A DNA stretch of 64,000 bases from Candidatus Latescibacterota bacterium (lineage in GTDB: Bacteria; Latescibacterota; CBDEFO01), in the NCBI GenBank assembly GCA_965237525.1, contig CBDEFO010000003.1, positions 384,001 through 448,000 on the forward strand. Reading direction: 5' to 3'. A model generated the notes under the pieces. It searched no databases. It was not told where the DNA came from and saw only the letters and a program-made list of their open reading frames with translations. A program made the translations under genes and the position numbers. Positions within the stretch are counted from its first letter, which is position 1. Every line of letters starts with the position of its first letter. Positions 40,991-51,618 of the stretch are shown one piece after another.

Positions 40991-41755
40991 TTATAAGTGG
41001 AAGGAGATTTTCGTGGCGATGGTTGAAGCGCCACTCGACCTCTTTAAGATAAAGGTAGAAGTAGTTCTTGTCAACACCTCCCCGATAGAATCAATCGGGG
41101 ATCGCTGGTAAAGCCAGTGTTTGGCATATGACCAGAAGCCTTCCACTGCATTGAGGTGATCTTTTCCTTTAGCTATGCCCTTCTCTTTTGGAACTACCAC
41201 GTGGTTGCCGCTGATAGAAAGGGGGGCATAGGCTATCCAATTATCGGTGCAATACAAGCTCCCTTGTCTGGTGTGTTGGGCAATAAGAGGAAGCAGTGAC
41301 TATCGACTCCTTGAACAGACAGGGAAGGTCAACACCCTACCTTTTCTCTGATATATCCCAAAGACTATCTGCTTGCCATAAGCACCCCAACCTATCTTAG
41401 CAGATCTTCTACCACCAAAGAGAGTCTCATCCATCTCAAGTTCACCTTCAAGGGGTTCAAACTCCCCGAAAGTGTGGTGGTAGATCGCCTTTCTGATGAT
41501 CCGATACCAGCGCTCCATCCCCGATAGAATCAATCGGGGACCTGTCCTTGTGTATGGAATCTGGAATCGCACCCCCGATAGGTTCAATCGGGAGGAGATA
41601 TTCGAGTCTTCTGCCAGAAGGTGGTGGTCAGTTTCCTGGTCGATCCCCAATTGAGTCTATTGGGGATGAATTTACACTTACGACAGCGTAACTGATCAGT
41701 CTTGAGTAGCCAAAATTTTCTTCCCCTGCAGCTAGGTCAATTTTTCTACTGCATT
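40991..41755 (-). pseudogene. IS1595-family transposase pseudogene containing four 21-bp palindromes
   Basis: Zn-ribbon remnant, EMDETLFGG, KQIVFGIYQR, YCTDNW, HLNAVEGFWSYAK, YLKEVEWRFNHR in shifted frames. Confidence 0.85.
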
Positions 41756-41889
41756 ACCTTTTTCGATATTCAAGGGGTATTGTTATCTGCTCCTGCTTCG
41801 TGACTTTGTTGTAAGCATTCTAATCAGTAATACTGGGAGTATTATCTGTATATAAACTTTTCTATTCTTTATCCCAATTTTGTTTAGCA

Positions 41890-42174
41890 TTATATATCAT
41901 CCAAGCTCCTAATGTCTCCTACATATTCAGCTCCACACCTTACCAGCATATCCGTGAGCAGGTAGCAATGGCAAAATGAATCCGCCCGACTAGAACAGGC
42001 TACGATTATCTCCTCCAAATTGAGAACCTCGTCCCATCGCTGTCTATTATCCCGATAACTTGCCCGCATCATCCTATAATATTCGTGAGTGTATTCCTCC
42101 TCAGTCATTCTACCTTGTTTAGTTCCCATTACGATCTTCCAGGCCGGTGCACATACTTTGTCACCTGATTTCAC
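41890..42174 (-). pseudogene. DUF488-like protein fragment
   Basis: AP-W..EEYT..Y..MM..ACxxxxxxFCH pattern; no clean start. Confidence 0.5.
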
Positions 42175-42458
42175 AGTGACGTCTAGTACACCTTGACAGT
42201 TAGCATTGTGATTAGAGAAGCCTTAGCTGAGAAATAATAGCTCCAAAAGTTAGGTAGTTTTCGGTGCCAAATAGACAAGAAACGCCGATAACAGATCCCA
42301 AGCCGGGATTAAAAACGTGCATGGTGCAACCCACCTAGTGGCTAAGGTAACACTTTTTTAGATCTCGAATTTAACGTCAAAGTATTGGTTTACAACCGTT
42401 TACCGATTTTAGGCGCGGCTAAAAGTGTACCCTGTTTTGAAGATGCCAAAAAAAGTTC

Positions 42459-42504
42459 TTGACAAAAGAGGAAAGTTGCTGTATATTTAACACTGTTAAG
42501 TATA
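42459..42504 (+). promoter_or_regulatory. Sigma70 promoter with overlapping palindromic operator
   Basis: TTGACA-17bp-TATATT; TTAACACTGTTAA at 42487-42499. Confidence 0.75.
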
Positions 42505-42531
42505 ATTACTACGTAAATTGAAAGCGAAACA

Positions 42532-43137
42532 ATGGGTATTCAAGAACGCAGAGCAAAGGAAAAAAAGAGGTTGCGCCAGCAGATTCTCGATGCAGCCCGC
42601 GAGCTGTTCGTCAATGAAGGCTACGAGAACGTCTCGATGCGAAAGGTGGCCCGCAAGATCGAGTACTCGCCGACGACGATCTACCTCTATTTCAAAGACA
42701 GGGCAGAGCTTCTGGAATCTGTTTGCCATAAGACGTTCGTTAACTTGCAGAGCAGGCTTGAAACACTTTTTAAGGACCTGAGCGACCCTGTCGAAACCCT
42801 ACGAAAATGTACACATGCTTATGCCGAATTCGGCCTCAAATATCCGGAGGATTACAAACTTACGTTTATCATCCGTCCTCAGTACCAGAGGGGTTTAGGC
42901 CTGAAAAAGGGATCCCCTGCCGAAAAGATTTTCAACTACCTGCATGCTGTGATCAAAGAATGTATTCAACAGAAGAAATTCCGCCAGGTGGATGTCGAAA
43001 CCACCAGTCAGGCGATATGGTCAGCGGTTCATGGCGTCACATCGCTGGTCATTACTTTTCCCGATTTTCCCTGGGTGGATAGAGAAGAATTGATCACCCA
43101 GGTCATCGACACGATGATCGAAGGCCTGAGGGCATAG
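42532..43137 (+). CDS. TetR/AcrR family regulator (WHG-like C-terminus)
   Basis: ILDAARELF..VSMRKVARKIEYSPTTIYLYFKD; WSAVHG. Confidence 0.95.
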   Translation: MGIQERRAKEKKRLRQQILDAARELFVNEGYENVSMRKVARKIEYSPTTIYLYFKDRAELLESVCHKTFVNLQSRLETLFKDLSDPVETLRKCTHAYAEFGLKYPEDYKLTFIIRPQYQRGLGLKKGSPAEKIFNYLHAVIKECIQQKKFRQVDVETTSQAIWSAVHGVTSLVITFPDFPWVDREELITQVIDTMIEGLRA

Positions 43138-43168
43138 ATTTTTTCTAAAAAGTAGAAAAGAGATAGCA

Positions 43169-44362
43169 ATGACGATTACAGCACATGAATACTTGAGTCG
43201 AATGGAAAGTTTGCAGCATGAAGTTGCTGAACATGGCCTTGAAGCCTTCTTGGTCTCAAGCGAAGAGAGCATCTACTACCTGACGGGTGTTTCCTATCGA
43301 CCTTTTTTGAGAGGCCCTTCTTCATCATTGTCCGGCCTGAAGCAGTCGCAACGTTTCTCGTGCCCACTCTTGAAAAAGACCATCTGCAACAGGCACCAAA
43401 TGTGAGCGAGGTACAAACGTACTGGGATTACCCTTCATCACCTGGGCAGGGATGGCCAGAACGACTCCTTGACATCATTAGCAACGCCTCAAAACTGGGC
43501 GTTGAACCGGGGAGCCTACCCCAAGAAATCTCTGGTTGCCTTACAAACCATTCCACGCAGGTTCTACCACTGGTAGAGGAATTGCGACTCACTAAGGTCG
43601 CCAGCAGAGATTCAGATGGTGCGTCAGGCAGCACGTTATGCCCATCTGGGTATGGAAAAGGTTATCGGTGTATCGTACTATGGCGTTTCTGTGATGGAGC
43701 TATTCGCGCAGGCTCGAGCTGTTCAGATGCAGATATTGAAAGACACCGATTATGACGTCCTTACGACCAGTGTTCTTCTTGGCGCCTGGCCAGCCCCCTT
43801 AAGTGCTCAACCCCACGCAGTACCATCCCTATATGACCGCTTGAAAGAAGGTCCTCATATTGCACTGGCGCTGTTGCGAGTCAATGGCTATGCCGCCGAG
43901 TGCGAACGTACGTACTTTCTCTCTCAGCCAGATGCTGAAGTGAAAGAAGCCTTCGCCTCTATACAAGAGGCCCGAAGGCGAGCGGTTGCCCTGATACGAC
44001 AAGGTGTCAGATGTGCTGAAGTTGATGCTGCTGCCAATGGGTTTCTTCGAGAAAAGGGATATGGTGATTATCTATTGCACCGAACCGGTCACGGCATCGG
44101 GTTAGGAAATCACGAGGGGCCGTGGGTGGCCGAAGGAAGTGAAGAGTTTCTCGAAGAAAACATGCTCATCAGCGTTGAGCCCGGCATCTATCTGCCGGGA
44201 ATTGGTGGGCTGCGGCACTCTGACACAGTTCTGGTGACCAAAGATGGTTACGAACTGCTAACACAATATCCTATTGATCTGGAAGCCCTAACCATTCAGT
44301 CGTACAAACCAATCCGCCGTCTTATTGGAGCTTTTACACGCTGGGTAGTGGGTATCACATAA
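43169..44362 (+). pseudogene. Xaa-Pro peptidase (M24) with two frameshifts
   Basis: Three overlapping ORFs, shifts near 43305 and 43596; HRTGHGIGLGNHE, EPGIY. Confidence 0.85.
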
Positions 44363-44412
44363 GCTTCAGAGACTACCTCGCATGACATCGTCTATTTTTT
44401 TTGCTCGGATGG

Positions 44413-44425
44413 TTAACACTGTTAA
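44413..44425. promoter_or_regulatory. Second copy of the putative TetR operator
   Basis: TTAACACTGTTAA, identical to 42487-42499. Confidence 0.65.
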
Positions 44426-44542
44426 GTTGCCACGGCCTGCAGTCCAATTTGCTTTGATCGGCGCTACGATCCTCAATATCGACGACCAACAGGTCATTGG
44501 GGTTATCCCTGCTAAAGGGACACAACAAAGGAGGATGTACCA

Positions 44543-46036
44543 ATGAAACGGGTATTGTTTGTCATCGTATTTGGTCTGATGTTCTTGGTTGCCGTGATCC
44601 TGATAAGGACACTGCGCTTCACTACCAAACAGTTTCAGGTAGATGCGCCAGCGCCGATTGCCCTCAATCGAGACCAGATTGCCAGGCATCTTTCGGAGGC
44701 CATCCAATTTAAGACCATCTCATTTCAGGACTCTAAGCAATTTGATACCGAGGAATTCCTCGGTCTGCATCAGTATCTCGAACAGACGTTTCCTATGGTT
44801 CACGCGACCTTGGCGAAGGAAGTTGTCGGGGACTTGAGCCTTCTTTACACCTGGGAGGGAAGTGAGTCGAAGGAGAAGCCGATTCTTCTGTGTGCCCATA
44901 TAGACGTTGTGCCTGTCGAGTCCGAAAAGAAGGGCGATTGGACCTACCCTCCTTTCGAGGGACGTATCGCCGAGGGCTACATCTGGGGCCGAGGCACCAT
45001 GGATGTCAAAGTTGGCGTTTTAGGGATACTTGAGGCTGTAGAAACGCTATTGGGAAAAGGTTTCCAGCCCCAACGCACGATTTATCTGGCCTTTGGCCAC
45101 GATGAGGAGACAGGAGGGCAAAGGGGAGCTGCCAGGATTGCCGCACTTTTGCATTCCAGGGGAATCGAACTCGAGTATATGCTCGACGAAGGTCTCGTCA
45201 TTACTGACGGAATCTTGCCGGGCGTTTCCAGGTCAGTTGCACTGGTTGGCATAGCTGAGAAAGGCAAGGTCAGTATCAAGTTCACTGTCGAAGGCAGAGG
45301 AGGACACGCCTCAATGCCCCCACCACACACCACCATTAGCATCCTTAGCACTGCCATACACAACCTTGAAAGACATCAACCGTCGCCAAGAATCGAGGGA
45401 CCCGTTCGGCAGATGTTCGAGTATGTAGGGCCGGAAATGCCTTTTTGGGGGCGGATGGCATTCGCGAACATCTGGTGTTTTGGGCGATTGATCGAGCGAA
45501 AACTTTCCACATCGCGAGCGACAAATGCCCTGATCAGAACCACTATGGCGCCGACGATTTTCAAGTCCGGCGTAGAGGAAGATGTATTACCGAAAAGCGC
45601 CGAGGCAGTCGTGAACTTTCGGATTCTTCCCAGCGACAGTATTGCAGGCGTTGTGGAACGTGCAAGCCGGGCCATTGACGACACACTAGTGAAAATTCGG
45701 CTTTTGAAACACAGTGCCTTTCAGCCATCCGTCGTGTCGGACATAGCATCTCCGAGTTTTAAGATGCTTCAGCGAACGATCCATCAGGTCTTTCCAGACG
45801 TTATTGTCGCTCCCTCCCTGTTCATAGCAGCGAGCGACTCACGACATTTCGCTGCGCTGACCCGCAACATCTATCGGTTCGTTCCGATGCGGCTCAAGGG
45901 CGAGGATCTCAAGAGACTCCATGGTCGTGACGAACGCATCTCCGTCGATAACTACGAAGAGATTGTGAGATTTTACATTCAGTTGATTCATAATTCTTCG
46001 TCCGACGTGCGGCCCACCACGCCATCTGACCCGTAA
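44543..46036 (+). CDS. M20 family peptidase (carboxypeptidase S/PM20D1-like)
   Basis: AHIDVVP, GRGTMDVK, HDEE, GGHAS, HGRDER; N-terminal TM segment. Confidence 0.92.
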   Translation: MKRVLFVIVFGLMFLVAVILIRTLRFTTKQFQVDAPAPIALNRDQIARHLSEAIQFKTISFQDSKQFDTEEFLGLHQYLEQTFPMVHATLAKEVVGDLSLLYTWEGSESKEKPILLCAHIDVVPVESEKKGDWTYPPFEGRIAEGYIWGRGTMDVKVGVLGILEAVETLLGKGFQPQRTIYLAFGHDEETGGQRGAARIAALLHSRGIELEYMLDEGLVITDGILPGVSRSVALVGIAEKGKVSIKFTVEGRGGHASMPPPHTTISILSTAIHNLERHQPSPRIEGPVRQMFEYVGPEMPFWGRMAFANIWCFGRLIERKLSTSRATNALIRTTMAPTIFKSGVEEDVLPKSAEAVVNFRILPSDSIAGVVERASRAIDDTLVKIRLLKHSAFQPSVVSDIASPSFKMLQRTIHQVFPDVIVAPSLFIAASDSRHFAALTRNIYRFVPMRLKGEDLKRLHGRDERISVDNYEEIVRFYIQLIHNSSSDVRPTTPSDP

Positions 46037-46119
46037 GGCCGCACGTCTCCCTCGGCATGTTGTCTATCTAACAAATTTCGGCACGAAAACAAAAAGTTTT
46101 TGAAGAAGGGAGGAGAAAG

Positions 46120-47352
46120 ATGAGTTTTCTTTGCGGGCTTGCGAAAGTCAGTCTATTTGCTCTTGTTCTGGTGATCATCCTTATCGGTCTTTTTTATAAG
46201 GAACTAAATCGCGTCTACAACGTGATTACCCTGTTCAAGTCAGATCGCGTGGTGAACAACTTTCGCTCGATGGAGACAATGTTCGAGGCGGTACCGATTC
46301 ATCGGGGTCGGTTTGTGCATAAGTTCGAGCGCGAATTGGCAGATTTGCCAATGACCTACCAATACAAAGGGGAGACTAAAGATCTGGTCGAATTTCTCGG
46401 AGAGACCTGGACAACAGGATTGATTGTGCTCAGGGCTGGCAAAATTGTCTTCGAGGAATATTACAGAGGTAATACGGAGGCGTCCAGGACAATCTCCTGG
46501 TCAGTCGCGAAGTCCTTTGTATCGGCTCTGGTCGGCATTGCGGTCAATGAAGGGCACATAACCGACATTCAAGAGCCAGTCACAGACTACGTCCCGTTTC
46601 TACACGGCACAGGATATGACGGTGTGCCGATAAAGGATGTCCTCCAAATGTCTTCAGGAATCCGCTTCAACGAGGACTATGGGGACTTTTTCTCAGACAT
46701 TAACCGGATGGGGAGGGCTATCGCCTTCAAAACTTCGCTTGATGATTTTGTCTCGTCCCTGAAGCGCGAACGCACACCAGGTACGTACAATCACTACGTA
46801 AGTATGGATACACAGGTCCTCGGTATGGTGCTACGAGAAGCTACGGGGCAGACTTTGACATCCTATCTGGAGAGAAAGATTTGGCAAAAGATTGGGATGG
46901 AGTCGAACGCCTATTGGTTAACCGATAGCAGGGGTATGGAGCTAGCCTTTGGTGGTCTCAATGCCGTACTCAGAGATTATGCCCGTTTCGGTATGCTATA
47001 CTTGAACGAGGGAGCATGGAACGGAGAACAGATAATACCGCGCGAATGGGTGCAAGAATCAGTAACCCCAGATGCGCCTCACTTGCAGCCGGGTGACAAT
47101 CCAGCGTCCAGTTGGGTGCTCGGCTACGGTTTTCAGTGGTGGATTCCGCAAGAACCCGAAGGCGATTTCTTGGCGATTGGTATCTACAATCAGTTCATCT
47201 ACGTTCACCCCAAGCATAAAGTCGTGATTGCGAAGAGTTCGGCTTATCCAGGCTACAATCTGGACGGTGATGAGAAAGAGCGGATCCACGAACAGATATT
47301 GGAGTCCATAGCGGTATTTCGGGCAATCGCTAGAGATCTGACACGGGACTGA
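46120..47352 (+). CDS. Serine hydrolase, beta-lactamase class C/NylB-like
   Basis: SVAK (SxxK), YVS, RDYARFG, YGFQWW. Confidence 0.9.
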   Translation: MSFLCGLAKVSLFALVLVIILIGLFYKELNRVYNVITLFKSDRVVNNFRSMETMFEAVPIHRGRFVHKFERELADLPMTYQYKGETKDLVEFLGETWTTGLIVLRAGKIVFEEYYRGNTEASRTISWSVAKSFVSALVGIAVNEGHITDIQEPVTDYVPFLHGTGYDGVPIKDVLQMSSGIRFNEDYGDFFSDINRMGRAIAFKTSLDDFVSSLKRERTPGTYNHYVSMDTQVLGMVLREATGQTLTSYLERKIWQKIGMESNAYWLTDSRGMELAFGGLNAVLRDYARFGMLYLNEGAWNGEQIIPREWVQESVTPDAPHLQPGDNPASSWVLGYGFQWWIPQEPEGDFLAIGIYNQFIYVHPKHKVVIAKSSAYPGYNLDGDEKERIHEQILESIAVFRAIARDLTRD

Positions 47353-47398
47353 AAACTAATAGCCGCCCCGGGATCGAATATTTCACCAGCGTTCTGTA

Positions 47399-48280
47399 AT
47401 GAATGAGGCGAGATCATTGAAACGCATAATAACAGCGGATTTACACACGAGGCACATTATTGGATTGCTAACAAATATCTTCCAGTATCTGAGCGAATTT
47501 GGATACCAACAGGTCCCTGTCTGGTATGATTCATCTGGGTCCGTGGTCAATGATTTTCAGACCATCGGTAAAAAGCTGAAATTCATTAAAATAATCCCCA
47601 ATCCCTATCCGTTTTACGACTGGATTATGGGGTTCCACGAACGGTGGTCCAACCGTGCAGCGCTCCGTGGGCCGGTCTTGGAGAGGGTCAACCGAATCCT
47701 GGAGGCAGGTGTGGGAACAGGTTATTTTCTCAGCCAGGTTGTTCGGAAGACTAAGGAAGGACAGAGGGTTACCGCTGTTGATCTGTCCCGGCAAATGCTT
47801 GATAATGCGAAAAACTACCTGGTAAAACACGATCTTCTGTCTGCACGGGTGAATTTCGAGCAAGGCGACTGCAAAGGGTTGCCCCATGTGGATGAGGCTT
47901 TTGATCTTTATATGTCAAGCTATCTGTTCGATCTCTTGAACGAAGAAGAGATTATGCTTGCGATCAAGGAAATAGAGCGTGTTCTCATACCTGACGGTCA
48001 CGCCATCCTGATTACTATGACGACCGAACTCCACGACCTCTGGTGGCCCATAAGAGCGTTCTACCGGATTATGAACGAGCTCTACTGCCTGGGCTACTAC
48101 CAGGGAAGATGGAACCCGATCTGGAGATTCCTATGTGCGAATTACGCACCTCACTGCCGCCCTATCGCCTTGGGCAAGTATCTGAGGAGATTCCCATCTA
48201 TGGCCATCGAATACACAAAAATTAGCCATGTCTCGTTCTTTCCGGTCCGGATTTATTATGTTAGAAAAAGTCATACGTAA
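47399..48280 (+). CDS. Class I SAM-dependent methyltransferase
   Basis: ILEAGVGTG, AVDLS, SYLFDLL. Confidence 0.85.
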   Translation: MNEARSLKRIITADLHTRHIIGLLTNIFQYLSEFGYQQVPVWYDSSGSVVNDFQTIGKKLKFIKIIPNPYPFYDWIMGFHERWSNRAALRGPVLERVNRILEAGVGTGYFLSQVVRKTKEGQRVTAVDLSRQMLDNAKNYLVKHDLLSARVNFEQGDCKGLPHVDEAFDLYMSSYLFDLLNEEEIMLAIKEIERVLIPDGHAILITMTTELHDLWWPIRAFYRIMNELYCLGYYQGRWNPIWRFLCANYAPHCRPIALGKYLRRFPSMAIEYTKISHVSFFPVRIYYVRKSHT

Positions 48281-49048
48281 ATTGTGGTTGTTATTCAGAA
48301 TGGCCTGGACAGCATTTTTTGCAGGCTCAACCAGGGCCTTTTATGATGGAATTTCCCCCATTTACGAATCGACCTTTCTGAATCACATTGTCCATGTTGA
48401 AAATATCGTAGCTCTTCTTGCAAGTACATTTTCTTGGATGGAGGGATTCATCGTACTTGACTTGGGGTGTGGAACCGGCTTACTGAGCAAGGCTCTATCC
48501 AGAGAAGGATTCCGCGCGATTGGCATGGACATTTCCCTGCAATCACTCCAGATTATGCAGCAGAGTGATCAAGGAGTGTCCTTGATCCATGGCGATGCAA
48601 AGTCTATCCCGTTTTCAGGCTGTAGCTTCCAGGCTATCGTCTGCCTGGGTGTCTGGCGTCATCTTCCTCATCCAGAGATAGTTCTCGATGAAATCTGCCG
48701 TGTGCTCGGCGAAGACGGGAATTTCGTCCTGGGATACTTCCCTCCGAAGCTCGGTGGACTCTTTCATATCCCGGACAACCCTTTGGGAAGAATGCTGGCG
48801 TGGTCATACAAAAAAACGGTCGTTGGTTCGGCTATGATGATCTGCTCGATCTTGACCTTGAAGAGCAAGCGTGGCAGGCCATTAGCAATAGGTTTGACCA
48901 AGTCCACAGAATAGAATCCGGAAAGCACTGGCACTTGATCCTAGCACATCACCCACTACCGGTTTGTGAGCAAGGGACTGGTATTGACGGGTTATTCACC
49001 GCCGACAATGCACACATCAAGCTGAATCGACTCTATCCACAATCTTAA
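48258..49048 (+). pseudogene. Class I SAM-dependent methyltransferase, frameshifted near the A-run at ~48810
   Basis: VLDLGCGTG; the C-terminus continues in ORF 48800-49048. Confidence 0.7.
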
Positions 49049-49329
49049 CTGTCAAAGAGGACTAACCTTTGTGCCAGTGCAATATGAACTGTGTATATCT
49101 GTAACACTGTTATCTCCTCCTTCTTCTCGGCTCTTCTGCCTCTGCCACAATCCGATCAATTTTAGCTAACAAATCTTCCTTATACCAGCTATCCCTCAAC
49201 AACTGCTTAAAGCTGGGACTCTTTTGAATACTCTTTCGTATATTCCTAAAGTATAGACTTTCTTTTGTTCTCAGGTGGAAGATTCTTGATATACTGGATA
49301 ATTGTCTCAAAGCTGCTGTAATAAAATGT

Positions 49330-50678
49330 GGTTCTTCTTCAAAAAGTGTAGTTATTGACGGAAGTAGTTTTTTGAGAATTTAATATTGAAAGGCATCTGT
49401 CTTTTCCTGTATAGTTTATAGTAGTAAGAACAAACAAATACAGGTAGGGGGGACAGGATGCCTGGTGACATCAGAGCAGAATGGCTTAATCTGCCAGCTG
49501 AAGATTGAAAGACTTGACTTTGTTGATTCTTATTCCCGATGCACTACCAGATTTGAGGAACTTGTAGCCAGACTCTGCCGAATAACCAGCCTGAAGCAAG
49601 TAGCCGAACTCCTTGAGTTGGACTGGAAGACAGTCAAAGCAATTGACAAGAAGTTCCTGGAGAAACAGTTCTCCATTCCAGACTACGACGGCTTAAGGAT
49701 TCTAGCAGTAGATGAGATAGCTTCCCATAAAGGCCATAACTACTTTACGGTCGTTATGGATCTAGAGCAAACCCGGGTAGTCTGGGTCGGCAAAGGTCGA
49801 ACTCAAGAAACCCTGGATCGGTTTTTCAAAGAACTCGGTCCACAAAGGAGCAAGCAAATAGAGGCAGTAGCCTGTGATATGTGGGACCCATACATCGCCT
49901 CTATCAAGGAGCACGCTCCAGGGGCCAAAACAGTATTTGACAAATTCCACGTCATCAAAAACTACTCCAGGATCATAGATAAAGTCAGAAATATCGAGTT
50001 TAAGAAAGCTACCGAACAGAACAAAGAGGCCATCAAAGGCACTAAGTACCTCCTACTTAAGAATCGACATAAACTCAATAATGATCAGAAAGAGCAACTT
50101 TGCAGATTGCTTGAGTTAAACCAGAACATAAACATCGCCTATATGCTCAAGGACGATCTTAAAAGGCTCTGGAATTATAAATCTGCCGGCTGGGCTAATC
50201 CCCAATTGATTCTATTGGGGATGCCTTGACTGTTGGGTTAGCACCGCCGTAGCCAGTAGTATCAAACCCCTTATGAAATTTGCTCAGACCCTGGATAACT
50301 ATCGTTACGGTCTTATTAACCACTGCTATTACCCCATCAACACTGGCAAATTAGAAGGAATGAATAACAAGATCAAAGTCATTAAGCGCATTGCCTATGG
50401 ATTTCACGATGACGACTACTTTATCCTGAAGATCAAACAAGGATGCTCAGCCCCATCGGATACTGAATAGCTAAAATAAAGTTCTATTGCCCAAAGAGAT
50501 CGGATTCAATGTTGATATTGATCCAAGCCATAAACCTTTGACTTAACCACATTGTTACAATCCCTGAAGCGAGCCTACAATCCCTTCATTATTTACCTAT
50601 TACCACTATTAACTTGTACAAAAACTCAAGAGACCATGAAACAGAATTACCCGCTACTACACTTTTTGGAGAAGATCC
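49330..50678 (+). mobile_element. ISL3-family element, defective
   Basis: IRs GGTTCTTCTTCAAAAAGTGTAG / CTACACTTTTTGGAGAAGATCC; transposase LAVDE, CDMW, FDKFHV, EGMNNKIK; N-terminal deletion and palindrome-associated frameshift at 50200. Confidence 0.88.
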
Positions 50679-51111
50679 AGATTATTCAGCTTGAGGAACA
50701 GAAGGAACAATTAGATAGGGAGAACCTAGATATTGATCTGCTAATAGAGGAAGCAAAAAGGAAAGTCGCCAACGCATCTGTAATGAAGAATACATTGACG
50801 ACTTTTGCTGAGCTCTACTTGGAAACAACTCCAGAGGAGAAAAAGCAGTTGATGCAAATGCACATCAATGAACTTTTATGGACGCCCACCAAAATAAAGC
50901 TAGCTCTATTTGAAAACCCCACTGAAATCCCACCTATTGCCCTGCCCACAACCTAGAAAGTTTCAGTGAGAGCTACAGTCTGGCACCCCGGGATGATGTC
51001 CCAAAGCGTACTTTTGTGGGATGAGTCAAAGCTGGAAATGAAACGAGTAGCAGCAGGTCACACCAGAATCAGTCTTCTTCCTCAGGATAGCCCCGTACAA
51101 AGCTCCGCTTA
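50679..51111 (+). pseudogene. Large serine recombinase C-terminal remnant
   Basis: Coiled coil, then F.ELY...TPEEKKQLMQ..I..L.W....IKLAL; truncated by ISL3; internal TAG. Confidence 0.5.
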
Positions 51112-51618
51112 ACTCTTTCTACTCATACGGGAACACTCAGCAACCTTTTCCTTCCGGTCGTCTTCTAAAAATATCTTGCACAAAAGCTCAGCCAGTATTA
51201 AAACAGAGGCTGTCAGAAATGGATCTCTTTCGTTTTGGTAATTAGCGATAGGTATAATTAAAGCAAAGCTTCGGCCCGTTCGTAACAAACTTTACATATC
51301 CTTTTGTAGTATTTGTAGAATAGTGGACAAATAATAAAGAATTGTAAAATATAAAGATATAATCGCAAACAATTTGACAAAGATTTAGAATTTGCATATA
51401 TTGATGGCAATAGCTTTTGCGGTGTTTCCATATCCTGATCCGAGCAAAAAGCAGGTTGGTGGTAAGGCAATGGATCGGATTTGATCGGTACAAAGTCCAT
51501 GCTCGTTTTGAAAAGATTATTTATCAGCTCGGATTATTTCTCCAAAACGCTTATTGCATCGAAAGGTCTTATCAGATTGTAGCTAAATTGTTGCTGATGT
51601 AAAATATCTAATCACTAG

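Noticed and set aside
41080..41665. Four similar 21-bp repeats as a possible CRISPR array
   Set aside because: Spacing is irregular (439, 54, 72 bp), orientation is mixed, the intervening DNA is transposase coding sequence, and no cas genes are present.
50552..50956. 134-aa ORF as an intact gene
   Set aside because: Its first ~42 codons lie inside the ISL3 right end, so it is a chimeric read-through.
51242..51602. Short ORFs in AT-rich DNA
   Set aside because: No recognisable motifs or RBS; they cannot be supported as genes.
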